64,000 bases of DNA, from positions 2,496,001 to 2,560,000 of the forward strand of contig CAVWVQ010000003.1 of assembly GCA_963758525.1 (NCBI GenBank). Reading direction: 5' to 3'. The stretch is from an uncultured Phycisphaerales bacterium (GTDB lineage: Bacteria; Planctomycetota; Phycisphaerae; Tepidisphaerales; Tepidisphaeraceae). Shown piece by piece: positions 51,048 to 60,756 of the stretch. The position numbers and the translations under genes are program-made. Numbering within the stretch: position 1 is the first letter of the stretch; each line of letters starts with the position of its first letter. The notes beneath the pieces were generated by a model. That model made no database searches. It was not told where the DNA came from and saw only the letters and a list, made by a program, of their open reading frames with translations.

Positions 51048-51054
51048 GCGGGGG

Positions 51055-51063
51055 AGTATAGCA
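51055..51063 (-). promoter_or_regulatory. Extended -10 promoter, leaderless ymdB
   Basis: TGcTATACT followed by 7 nt, then ATG 51047. Confidence 0.55.
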
Positions 51064-51074
51064 ACCCACGCAAG

Positions 51075-51178
51075 AAGGCACGAAGGGGCGGGGGAAGGCA
51101 CGGGGGGGACGCGGAGGGACGCGGAGGGACGCAGGCACGAAGGCGCGGAGGCACGGAGGCACGAAGGGAAGGAAGGGG
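51075..51178 (+). repeat. GG(G/C)AC(G/A)(G/A)A octamer/decamer tandem tract
   Basis: GGCACGAA...GGGACGCGGA-GGGACGCGGA-GGGACGCA-GGCACGAA-GGCGCGGA-GGCACGGA-GGCACGAA. Confidence 0.75.
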
Positions 51179-51369
51179 ATTTTGTTGAAAACTCTCGGAG
51201 TATTGCGGCGTCAATCCGCCATCCCGGCGCGGCCGTGGCTTGCCCTTCGCGGCAGTCAACTACCACCAGACCTCGGGTTGAGGGCAACCTCACAACCCTT
51301 GCGCCCCAAGCCACCTCAATCCCCTCTCCGTTGCTGGCAATCCACCACTCACCTAAGATCAAACTGCTT

Positions 51370-52281
51370 ATGCCGCATTCGCTCAATCATTTAGTTCTCC
51401 CCGCCGATCCCGCGGAGTCTGCCCGGCTCGGCCGAAAGCCCGCCTGGCTCAAAATGAAGATGCCCGGCGGCGAAGGCTACTCCCGCCTCCTCAAGCTTGT
51501 GAACGAACAGCGATTGCACACCGTCTGTCAATCCGCCAAATGCCCGAACATGGGCGAGTGCTGGTCCGCGGGCACCGCCACGATCATGATCCTCGGCGAT
51601 GTCTGCACCCGATCCTGCGGCTTCTGTCATATCGCCACGGGCCGGCCCCCGACGCTCGATCTCGACGAGCCGCTGCGCGTCGGCAAAGCCGTTGCGGCGA
51701 TGGGACTCGGGCACTGCGTTATCACCAGTGTCAATCGCGACGAACTTCCCGACGGCGGCGCGGAAATCTGGGCAGAAACCATCCGCCAGGTGCGCAGGCA
51801 GGCACCTGGCACCAATATCGAGGTGCTCATTCCCGATTTTGCAGGCAACTGGTCGGCGCTGCAAACGGTGCTGGACGAGAAGCCGGAGATATTGAATCAC
51901 AACATCGAAACCGTTCCCCGGCTCTACTCGCGCGTTCGCCCGCAGGCCAAATATCGCCGGTCGCTCGAATTGCTGCAGATCGCAAAACGCAAGAATATGG
52001 TGACCAAAACCGGCATGATGCTCGGCCTCGGCGAGCAGGAGCACGAGATCGAAGCGGTGCTCGACGATCTGGTTTCCATCGGCTGCGACATTCTCACGCT
52101 TGGGCAATATCTTCAACCGACGCTCGAGCATCTGGCCGTCGAGCGCTGGGTTCATCCCGATGAATTTGCGGAGTGGAAATCGCGCGGGGAGATGCGCGGC
52201 CTGCGCCATGTGGAGGCCGGGCCGCTGGTCCGAAGCAGCTACCACGCGGAGAAGCAAGTGCAAAAATCGGGCGTCGCATGA
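51370..52281 (+). CDS. lipA: Lipoyl synthase
   Basis: RKPAWLK, LHTVCQSAKCPNMGECW, CTRSCGFC, NHNIETVPRL, TLGQYLQP, GPLVRSSYHA. Confidence 0.97.
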   Translation: MPHSLNHLVLPADPAESARLGRKPAWLKMKMPGGEGYSRLLKLVNEQRLHTVCQSAKCPNMGECWSAGTATIMILGDVCTRSCGFCHIATGRPPTLDLDEPLRVGKAVAAMGLGHCVITSVNRDELPDGGAEIWAETIRQVRRQAPGTNIEVLIPDFAGNWSALQTVLDEKPEILNHNIETVPRLYSRVRPQAKYRRSLELLQIAKRKNMVTKTGMMLGLGEQEHEIEAVLDDLVSIGCDILTLGQYLQPTLEHLAVERWVHPDEFAEWKSRGEMRGLRHVEAGPLVRSSYHAEKQVQKSGVA

Positions 52282-52613
52282 ACCAGCCGATCACGATTCA
52301 CGGCCCGACACAGCCGGGCCGTCACTCCAAATGGCGTGTGTGGCTCGCGTGGGCCATCGCGGTCGGCGCGGATGCGCTGCAGCTTGGCGGCTTTGCCGTC
52401 TTCTCTGAAGGAGCGCTGCTTCCCTTCGATGCGGCACTGGACTTCGCCGTCGCGATCGCGCTGACTGTCTTGATCGGGTGGCACATCGTATTCATCCCCA
52501 CGATCCTCATCGAAGCGCTTCCCTTCGCGGACCTCGCTCCAACCTGGACGCTGGCCGTTCTGATCGCCACGCGCGGCAAGAACGCCAAACCGGATTTGTT
52601 GCCAGCCAAGTAA
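52278..52613 (+). CDS. Small hypothetical membrane protein
   Basis: ATGA overlap with lipA; AWAIAVGADALQ...LIGWH...PTILIEALPFADLAPTWTLAV. Confidence 0.65.
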   Translation: MNQPITIHGPTQPGRHSKWRVWLAWAIAVGADALQLGGFAVFSEGALLPFDAALDFAVAIALTVLIGWHIVFIPTILIEALPFADLAPTWTLAVLIATRGKNAKPDLLPAK

Positions 52614-52795
52614 TCGAGAGCAGTTGAAGGCATCTGTATCGCAGCAACCCCCGGATTCGAGTGGGTTGTGGAGCTTCGAGCGCCCTGCCCCCTCTCCCGG
52701 TAGTCCGAGAGAGGGAGTCATGAGAGGAATCAAGACTCTTCCGGAGCTCCGGTTCGGCGCCGGAATAGCCATGCGGCCCTGCCGGTTCTCAACGT

Positions 52796-54598
52796 ATGCG
52801 ATTGCTTCTGTCGAGCCTGTTTTCCTGTGCCGTTGCGGCGCTGCTGATCTCTCCCGCCTGTTCCAACGCGGCGCCTGAGACAAATCCATCGCCCCCAGAT
52901 TCGATCTCCTGGCAGCCCTGGTCAGAAGATGTCTTCGCCCGGGCAAAGAAGGAGAACAAATTTGTTCTTCTGGATCTCGAAGCGGTCTGGTGTCACTGGT
53001 GCCATGTGCAGGACGAAGTCACCTATCATGATGCGAAGGTGATCGACTTGATCGACTCCAAATACATCGCGGTGAAAGTGGATCAGGATTCCCGGCCGGA
53101 TATTTCCAATCGCTATGAAGACTACGGCTGGCCCGCGACGATTGTCTTCAACGCGGATCGAGGGGAGATCGTCAAACGCAGCGGGTATCTTCCGCCAAAA
53201 CAGATGGCGTCGATGCTGCAGGCGATTATCGATGACCCCACGCCCGGGCCATCGGTCGGGCCTGCGACGCAAATGATCTACGGCAATAAGACGTCGCTGC
53301 CAGTTGATCTCCAAAAGCAGCTCGATGCGAAGCTGCTCGCGTACTACGACCCGCAACTCGGCGGCTGGGGCAAGATTCACAAGTACGTCGATTGGGACAA
53401 GATGGAATATGAGATGTCGCGGTTCCGCGCCGGCGATCGAGCCGCCGGCGACCGCACGACACAAACGCTCACGGCAGGACTCAAGCTGATCGATCCGGTA
53501 TGGGGCGGCGTCTATCAATATTCCATTGACGGAGATTGGGATCACGCTCACTTCGAGAAGCTCATGCAGTTCCAGGGCGAGCAGATGCGAATCTACTCCA
53601 TGGCCTATCTCACCTTTCACGACCCGGCGTATCTGAAAGCGGCTAACGACATTCATCGTTACATCAATCAATTTCTCCGCTCCCCCGAGGGGGCATACGA
53701 AGTAAGTCAGGACGCGGACGTGGTCGATGGAACGTATGCAGAGGCGTACTTCAAGCTGGATGATGCGCAGCGGCGCAGGCAGGGTATTCCCCGCGTCGAT
53801 GCGCATCAATACGCGCGCGAAAACGGCTGGGCGATCAGCGGGCTGGTAAGCCTCTACGAAGCCGGCGGCGATGCATCCGCGCTCGACGATGCAAGAACCG
53901 CGGCGCAATGGGTGCTGGCGCATTGCGCGCTCGCTGACGGCGGCTTCCGTCACGGGCAAGTCGATCCCGCGGGCCCATATCTCGGCGACACGCTGTTTAT
54001 CGGCCGGGCGTTTCTCCGGCTCTACGAGGCAACGGCCGACCGCGCCTGGCTGACGCATGCCGCACAGGCGGCTGATTTCATCGGTTCCCATTTCACTGGC
54101 GGCCTTCCCGCTGGCTTTGCCACCGTCGCCAGTTCGACAGGCACCGGCTTTGCCCGCCAGCCGGAGTTGGCGGAGAACGCCGTTGCCGCGCGGTTCTTCA
54201 ATCTCCTGGCGTATTACACCGGCAAGGATGAGCACCGCAAGTTGGCAGAACGCGCGATGCGGTTCATCGCCACGCCGCAGGTCGCCAGCGCACCGGACGC
54301 TCCCGTCGCGGCGATACTGCTTGCGGATCATGAATCGGCTTCGCCGCCGCTGCATCTGACGATCGTCGGTCCAAAACAGTCGCCCGACGCCCGCGCGCTT
54401 TTTGTCGAGGCGTTGCGCACACCGACGTGGTACAAGCGGGTGGAATGGCGGGATGACCGCGAAGGGCCGCTGCCCAATCCCGACGTGGAGTACCCCGCGC
54501 TCAATTTCGCCGCCGCGTTCCTCTGCGCCGGCAATGCCTGCTCTTCTCCGGCAAAAACGCCCCAGGCGCTGGCCGCCAATTTGGCGAAAGCTCACTGA
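52796..54598 (+). CDS. YyaL/SSP411-like thioredoxin-domain protein (DUF255) with a signal peptide
   Basis: ISWQPWS, AVWCHWCHV, KVDQDSRPD, GWPAT, DPVWGGVYQYS, HFEKL, SQDAD, C-terminal LCAGNACS. Confidence 0.85.
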   Translation: MRLLLSSLFSCAVAALLISPACSNAAPETNPSPPDSISWQPWSEDVFARAKKENKFVLLDLEAVWCHWCHVQDEVTYHDAKVIDLIDSKYIAVKVDQDSRPDISNRYEDYGWPATIVFNADRGEIVKRSGYLPPKQMASMLQAIIDDPTPGPSVGPATQMIYGNKTSLPVDLQKQLDAKLLAYYDPQLGGWGKIHKYVDWDKMEYEMSRFRAGDRAAGDRTTQTLTAGLKLIDPVWGGVYQYSIDGDWDHAHFEKLMQFQGEQMRIYSMAYLTFHDPAYLKAANDIHRYINQFLRSPEGAYEVSQDADVVDGTYAEAYFKLDDAQRRRQGIPRVDAHQYARENGWAISGLVSLYEAGGDASALDDARTAAQWVLAHCALADGGFRHGQVDPAGPYLGDTLFIGRAFLRLYEATADRAWLTHAAQAADFIGSHFTGGLPAGFATVASSTGTGFARQPELAENAVAARFFNLLAYYTGKDEHRKLAERAMRFIATPQVASAPDAPVAAILLADHESASPPLHLTIVGPKQSPDARALFVEALRTPTWYKRVEWRDDREGPLPNPDVEYPALNFAAAFLCAGNACSSPAKTPQALAANLAKAH

Positions 54599-54942
54599 CT
54601 CCCGGAATGCGCGCATGCCGGGCCAGCCGGGCGTGCCTAAAAATCCGGGAGATGAGTCCTGCTTTGTCCCGGCGTGATTGGTGGGTTGGTGTGTATCGCC
54701 CGCACGCCGGGGCAGAGCGTAGTCGCGCCGCCCCGGATTCTGCCGGGGAGCGGGGAAAATAATGCTTCCCTAAATTCCGGGCCCATCCAACTCTGACGGA
54801 CGACTTTCTGATGGCACGAAGTTGAATGCTCCGTTAGGTTAGCGAGCTCAGCGGACGCGACCGCGGCAGTCACCCCTGCCGCAATCACGCTGCGACTGCT
54901 TCGTTTCCCGAAGCGTGGGCGCGCAGCGAAGGAGCGATAGGC

Positions 54943-56612
54943 ATGCCTGATGGTGGCATTTGCGTTCTTCTGGTGGAGCGGAATCCAGACCAGGTGAAAA
55001 GTGTGAAGGAGATGCTCTCCTCCGTCGCACGGTCCCGGTTTGAAATCAGCGCCTGTCCGGATGTCGACCGTGCCGTCGAATTCCTCGGCGGGCATCCTTG
55101 CGACGTTGCATTGCTGCACATTGACGTCTGCTCCATCCCGCCCGGCGACGCACTGCAGCGATTGGCCCGCGCTTGCCCGGGAATTCAGGTCGTTCTGTTA
55201 TGTCCCACGGACGTTGATCCTCGCGGCGACGCGCTGCTGCAGAACGGAGCGCACGATTACCTGGGAACGGAGAATCTCGACCGGCACACACTGGCGCTGG
55301 CGCTGCGCCACGCCGCGGATCACCGCCGCAGCGAGGCGGAACTTCGCCGCGAACGCGATCTGCTGCGCACGCTGATCGACAATCTGCCCGATCACATTTA
55401 CGTCAAGGACGTGGGGAGCGGCTTTCTCCTTAACAATAGTTCGCATCTCAAACACCTGGGAGTTTCATCGCAGGAGCAAGTCACGGGAAAGACTGACCTG
55501 GACGTCTATCCGCCAGACGTTGGCGACCCGTTTTTTGCCGAAGAGCGGGAGATTATTCGCACCGGCGAACCGTTGATCAGCCGGGAGGAACGCAACGTCG
55601 ACGCGTCGGGAAATGAGCACTGGGTCAGTTCGACCAAGGTTCCCTGGCGCGACGAATCGGGCCGCATCCTGGGGATCGTGGGCATGAGCCGGGACATCAC
55701 CCGCCGCAAGCAGAACGAGCAGCGGCTCCGCGAGCAGAACATGCGGCTCGAGGAGTTTGCCCGCAGCGAGCATGCCGCGTTGGAACAACTGAAGGAGGCC
55801 CAGAGTCATCTCGTGCAGTCGGAAAAGCTGGCGGGGCTGGGTCAGATGGTCGCCGGCGTGGCCCATGAGATGAATAATCCGCTTGCATTTGTCGGCAACA
55901 ACCTGGCGGTAGTGCAGCGCGACCTGGCCGCGATCTTCAACCTGCTCCGCATCTACCGCGAGGCGAATGACACGCTCGCGGTTCACCAGCCGGAACTGAT
56001 GCGGCAGGTCGCGGAGTTGGATCAGCGGATCGACGTCGATTACACCGTGACGAGCCTGCAGGACCTCATGGCCCGCTCGCGCGACGGCATTGTCCGCATC
56101 CGTCAGATCGTTCGCGATCTGTGCGACTTCGCGCGGCTCGACACCGGTGATCTGGCGGATGCGGATATCAACGCCGGCATTCGCTCAACACTCAACATCG
56201 TCGCCGGAGCGGCCAAGAACAAGGATGTTGCGGTCGAAGTCCATCTGGAGCCGGTTCCGCTGGTGGCATGTTATCCGGCCAAGATCAATCAGGTGGTGAT
56301 GAATCTGCTGTCCAATGCGATCGACGCCTGCGGCAGCGGCGCGAAAGTGATCATCCGTACCGAACGGCTGCCTGGATGCGTGCAGATCGTTGTCGCCGAC
56401 ACCGGCACGGGCATCGATCCGGCGATTCGCGAGCGCGTCTTTGATCCGTTCTTCACGACCAAACCCCCCGGCAAGGGGACGGGGTTGGGACTGAGCATTG
56501 CCTACGGCATCGTCCGGCGCACGGGGGGGAGATCAAGTTCGATTCTGCGCCGGGAAAAGGGACTGTCTTTACGGTAAAACTCCCGCTTCGTTCCGAGCCG
56601 ATCACCTCCTGA
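54943..56612 (+). CDS. Hybrid sensor histidine kinase (REC-like/PAS/HisKA/HATPase); 1-bp frameshift near 56517
   Basis: [22 protein letters not shown]...SRDIT, H-box [42 protein letters not shown]. The restored end is [23 protein letters not shown]...*. Confidence 0.9.
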
Positions 56613-56643
56613 TTGCCGGGCGTCTCACTCTTACGGAGAATTT

Positions 56644-57903
56644 GTGGTGTGCAAAGGATTGCTTCGATGGAGTTCTCTCGTCTGGATCTGGGCGTCGTTG
56701 ACTGCATGCCGCACGACGGCTCCGGTAGCGCAGGAAAAGAAGATCGACTACACGGCGCCGCTTCCGGAGGGAGAAGTGGCGCTGCGGAAGATCGGGCCCG
56801 ATCAATATCCGGATTTTGCCGCCGCCCTGCATTCAATGAATCTCGACGATCTGCGGCACGCCGTCGATCACAGCCTCGAATATTTCGCCCGGCCCGGCAG
56901 CGCCCGCGGCTACCCGTATCTGGACATCTCTCACGAACGAGCAGTCGCAAGTCTCCACGCCTTTCGAACCATGCTCGACCAGCTTCCGCCACCGGCCCAG
57001 TTCGATGCTGCGATCGCCAGGATGTTCGACGTCTACCAAAGCATCGGCGCACCCAGTCCCGACGGCTCGGGATATACCAACCGCGTCCTCTTTACCGGCT
57101 ATTTCACCCCGACCTATGACGCGAGCCTGACACGCGGCGGACCGTACCAATGGCCGCTCTATAAACGCCCGGCAGACCTTGTCACTGATGCCACCGGCGA
57201 ACACGAGGGCCGTCGCGCCACCGATGGTTCGATGGCGCCGTATCTCACCCGCCAGCAGATTGAGAGCGGCGCGTTAGCCGGCTCCGAGCTGGTCTGGCTG
57301 ACCAGCCGATGGAATGCCTATGTCATCACCGTGCAGGGCTCGGGCCGCTTGAAGCTGCCGGATGGGACGATCTACGAAGTCGGATACTCGGGAACCAACG
57401 GCTACGACTACACCAGCCCCGGCGCACACATGGTCGCCGACGGCCTGATCTCGCGGGAGCAGCTTAGCTTCCGCGCTCTCCAGCAATATTTTGATGCGCA
57501 CCCCGATGCGATGGATAGATATCTGTGGCTGAATCAACGCACCGTCTTTTTCACCGAACGTTCCGGCGGGCCTTTCGGCGCGCTCAACGTGCCCGTGACG
57601 CGGTTCGCGTCGATTGCCACCGACAAGCACGTTTACCCGGCGGGCCTGGTGGCGTTCCTCTCCGTTCCCATCCCTGCGGATGCTCCTTCTCCAGCCGGCA
57701 GCACTGCTCTGACCACGCATCAGTTCAACGGATTCCTTCTCGATCAGGATCGCGGCGGAGCCATTCGCTCGGCCGGCCGATGCGATATCTACATGGGCAT
57801 CGGCCAACAGGCGGAAGAGACGTCGGGATACCAACTGAATCCCGGCACCCTGTATTACCTGGCGGTGAAGGCCGAGGGGGACGCCGCACGAAAATCGGAA
57901 TGA
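56644..57903 (+). CDS. mltA: Membrane-bound lytic transglycosylase MltA (lipoprotein)
   Basis: Lipobox LTAC; FTGYFTP, VQGSGRL, NGYDYTS, SIATD, DQDRGGAIR, RCDIYMG (3D domain). Confidence 0.88.
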   Translation: MVCKGLLRWSSLVWIWASLTACRTTAPVAQEKKIDYTAPLPEGEVALRKIGPDQYPDFAAALHSMNLDDLRHAVDHSLEYFARPGSARGYPYLDISHERAVASLHAFRTMLDQLPPPAQFDAAIARMFDVYQSIGAPSPDGSGYTNRVLFTGYFTPTYDASLTRGGPYQWPLYKRPADLVTDATGEHEGRRATDGSMAPYLTRQQIESGALAGSELVWLTSRWNAYVITVQGSGRLKLPDGTIYEVGYSGTNGYDYTSPGAHMVADGLISREQLSFRALQQYFDAHPDAMDRYLWLNQRTVFFTERSGGPFGALNVPVTRFASIATDKHVYPAGLVAFLSVPIPADAPSPAGSTALTTHQFNGFLLDQDRGGAIRSAGRCDIYMGIGQQAEETSGYQLNPGTLYYLAVKAEGDAARKSE

Positions 57904-57993
57904 CGCGGTGATTCCGATGCGGAGTCCCCGAGAAGGAACGCCGTTGCGCCGAAAATCGAATGGCGAATTCAATCATTCATCATTCGGATTTGA

Positions 57994-58854
57994 TTATTTG
58001 ATTCTGGTTTCTGGTTTCGTCATTCGAACTTCCCCTCTGTCTTCGTCCCCCGACAATTGCGGCCCGCGCCGGCTCAATGCCCGGTCCGTCAGCCGGGGCA
58101 GCAGGGCGGCAAGGCCCAGGCCCAGGCGGGCGAGACGGAAGGGCCACACTTCGGGCTTGGGATGCTCGATGGCCTTGCGCATCGCGACGGCAACCTGCTC
58201 GGCGGTCTGCACGATTTCCCCGGGAATTTTCGTCGATCGGCGGCCGCTGAGCTGCGCGGAGACGTCGCCGAACTCAGTCGACGTGCCGATGGGATGGACG
58301 CTGGTGACGGCGATCTTCTTGTTCTTAAGCTCCACGCGCAACGCCTCGGCCAGCGACAACTGGGCGGCCTTGGTGGCGCTGTAGGCGCCGAAGAACGGAA
58401 TTGCCCGGCGCGCGACCGCGGACGACACGATCATCAACTGCCCGCGCCAGCCGTCGCGAGGCTCCTGGCGCTTCATGATCGGAACGGCAGCGTAAATGCA
58501 ATCGGTGGTGCCGAAGACGTTTGTTTGAAAGAGCTCGCGCATGCGATCCGGCGGCGTCTGCGCCACCGTGGAAAGAAAGCCATAGCCCGCGTTGCAGACG
58601 AGCGTGTCAATCCGGCCGAAATGCTCGACGGACTCCCGCACCAGCCGTTCGCAGTCCTCCGCGACAGCGACGTCGGCGCGGATCACCAGTTGTCCGCCCC
58701 CCAATTCCTTGTTCAATTCCTCCAGCCGATCGAGACGACGGGCGGTCAGCACGAGCCGCGCGCCCAGCGGCGAAAGATCGCGCGCCAAGGCCCGTCCGAT
58801 GCCGGCGCTGGCGCCGGTGATCACCACCACCATCCCATCAAGCGATCGATGCAT
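57994..58854 (-). CDS. Short-chain dehydrogenase/reductase
   Basis: ITGASAGIG, CNAG, VSS, YSATK. Confidence 0.92.
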   Translation of the reverse strand: MHRSLDGMVVVITGASAGIGRALARDLSPLGARLVLTARRLDRLEELNKELGGGQLVIRADVAVAEDCERLVRESVEHFGRIDTLVCNAGYGFLSTVAQTPPDRMRELFQTNVFGTTDCIYAAVPIMKRQEPRDGWRGQLMIVSSAVARRAIPFFGAYSATKAAQLSLAEALRVELKNKKIAVTSVHPIGTSTEFGDVSAQLSGRRSTKIPGEIVQTAEQVAVAMRKAIEHPKPEVWPFRLARLGLGLAALLPRLTDRALSRRGPQLSGDEDRGEVRMTKPETRIK

Positions 58855-59029
58855 ATCGAATCGCCCTTGTACCCGCGACTCGCCCGGGATGCGAACCTCG
58901 CAAATTCCGGTGGGCCGTACATGACCGAGTTTTGGCGCACCCCGACGCTGTCACTGCCGCTCGATTCGCTGGCAGGTGCGCGGGCTCGCTGATATGGTGC
59001 AGATCGCGCTAACTTGCAAAGGAGCCTCG

Positions 59030-60237
59030 GTGCATTTTGTCAATCCGAACTACCACGTCATCCTGATTCACTATCCGCTGGGCGTCTTCATGCTCGGCCT
59101 GGCGATCGAAGTGTTCAGCTTCCTCTGGAAAAACAGCAGCGTCCGCGTCGCGGCCCGCTGGATGATCCTGCTGGGAGGGTTGTCGACGCTCCCGGCGGCG
59201 ACCAGCGGGATTTACGCCCTCTCGGACGCGATCAACGGGCAGCACTGGACCGCGCGCGGCGAACACATGATGCGGATGCACGTCTGGCTGCAGGGAATCG
59301 CGACGCTTCTGGCCACGTTTGCCGCGGTCTTCGCACTGGCGGCGTCCGATGGCTGGCGGCGTCGATTTCACTACATCGCGCTGGGCGTCTTCGCGGCGTG
59401 CGGCGGGCTGATGGTGGTCGGCTCGTGGTTTGGAGGCGAGTCTGTGTACACGCAGGGCGTTTCCGTGCGCGAGGGTGCCGAATCCGAAGCCGCCGACACC
59501 CAGCCGGTGAGCGCCACGAAACGAACTTTGCCGGAGACGATCATTTTCTACGTCGGTGAGCCCGAGCAAATGCACATGATTGGCGCCGGCGTGATGTTTG
59601 CGTTCGCGATGGCGGCGCTGGGACTGTCCGTCCGGAAGATCACGGCCGAGTATCCTGATTCGGTTCACCTTCCGCTGATGCCCGAAACGTCGTCTTCGGA
59701 TAACGCGGAAACGATGCCGCTGATCGGAGAACATTCGCGCGTGGATTCGCCGCAGCCGCAGTTCGCGCCGCCCGGCGAACTTCCCGAAGAGCTGCTCGTG
59801 CCGGCCGGCAGATTCTGGCTGGTCGCGACGCTGCTGACGCTGTTTACCGCCGCCGGCGGCTACTGGATTTGGGCCAATCAAAGTTCGGATTGGCAATTCC
59901 ACCGCTTCTGGAACGACGTGATGGCGAGCAAAGGGCAACTCAAATTTGATCGCTCCGCCGTGCACGTTTGGGTGGGCGTGAGCCTGATCGTGCTGACGTT
60001 GCTGCTGGCTGCACTCTCGCGATGGGCGCCCGGCAAAAGAGCGTCCTGGCAGTCTTTGCCGTGTTGCTGGTGCTTGCGATTGCCGCCCAGGTGTTTCTCG
60101 GCGTGCTGCTGCAGTTCGACGGCGGCAACGGGCCGCTGTATCGGTTTTCGAATGCAACCGACAAGGATTCGGCCATGGTGATGCCGGATCGTGACACCGC
60201 TCAGAGCGGCTCGACTTTTTCCAAGTCCAGCCTGTAG
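59030..60237 (+). CDS. DUF2231-like polytopic membrane protein (1-bp frameshift near 60038)
   Basis: GTG after AAGGAG; NYHVILIHYPLG, AATSG, MRMH, GSWFGGESVY. A second hydrophobic block has further His (QMHM, AVHV). The C-terminus continues in ORF 59968..60237. Confidence 0.7.
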
Positions 60238-60725
60238 ACAGAAATGACGGTGCCTGCCTCTCTCTCCACGTTGACGTGCAGAATTCCCTGAATGCGCACC
60301 ATGTCGTCGCAATACGGAACGTCGCCATTGGGCACGTTTACAACCACGCGTTCCTGCACCAGCGGAGACCCGCCGAAACAGCAGATCGTGCGATTATAGA
60401 CAAACTCAAAGCTGCTCACATGGCCGGCACTATTTCCAGCGTACATGAACCCGGTCAGCACCACCCTCTTCCCGTCCAGGTCGCGGTAGCGAGCCGGAAC
60501 GTCGCCGAGCGTTCCATAGTTCGTATCGAAATGAAAGTACCCGAGCCTCTGGAGATTCACGTCGGCGTAAGTGGGATGCTGTTCGATCCCTCCGGTTAAG
60601 CTCTCATTTACAAAGACGGATGCCAGCCAGAGAAGCGGAACGGAAACGATCGCCAGAAATATCGCCACCCGCGCTGTGATAGCGCCTCGACGTGGCGATC
60701 TTCTCCGGCAATTCGAACTGCCCAT
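60201..60725 (-). CDS. DUF3299-like OB-fold protein, paralog 3 (N-terminal TM)
   Basis: RRGAITARVAIFLAIVS TM; LDGKRVVLTGFM, CCFGGSP, VRIQGILHV, SVYRL. Confidence 0.75.
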   Translation of the reverse strand: MGSSNCRRRSPRRGAITARVAIFLAIVSVPLLWLASVFVNESLTGGIEQHPTYADVNLQRLGYFHFDTNYGTLGDVPARYRDLDGKRVVLTGFMYAGNSAGHVSSFEFVYNRTICCFGGSPLVQERVVVNVPNGDVPYCDDMVRIQGILHVNVEREAGTVISVYRLDLEKVEPL

Positions 60726-60756
60726 GAATGCCTCCCGCCGTCCTGCACCCGCCGGT

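Noticed and set aside
54812..54828. Sigma54 promoter upstream of the hybrid kinase (TGGCACGAAGTTGAA)
   Set aside because: The spacing between the -24 and -12 elements is one base short, and the -12 GC is absent.
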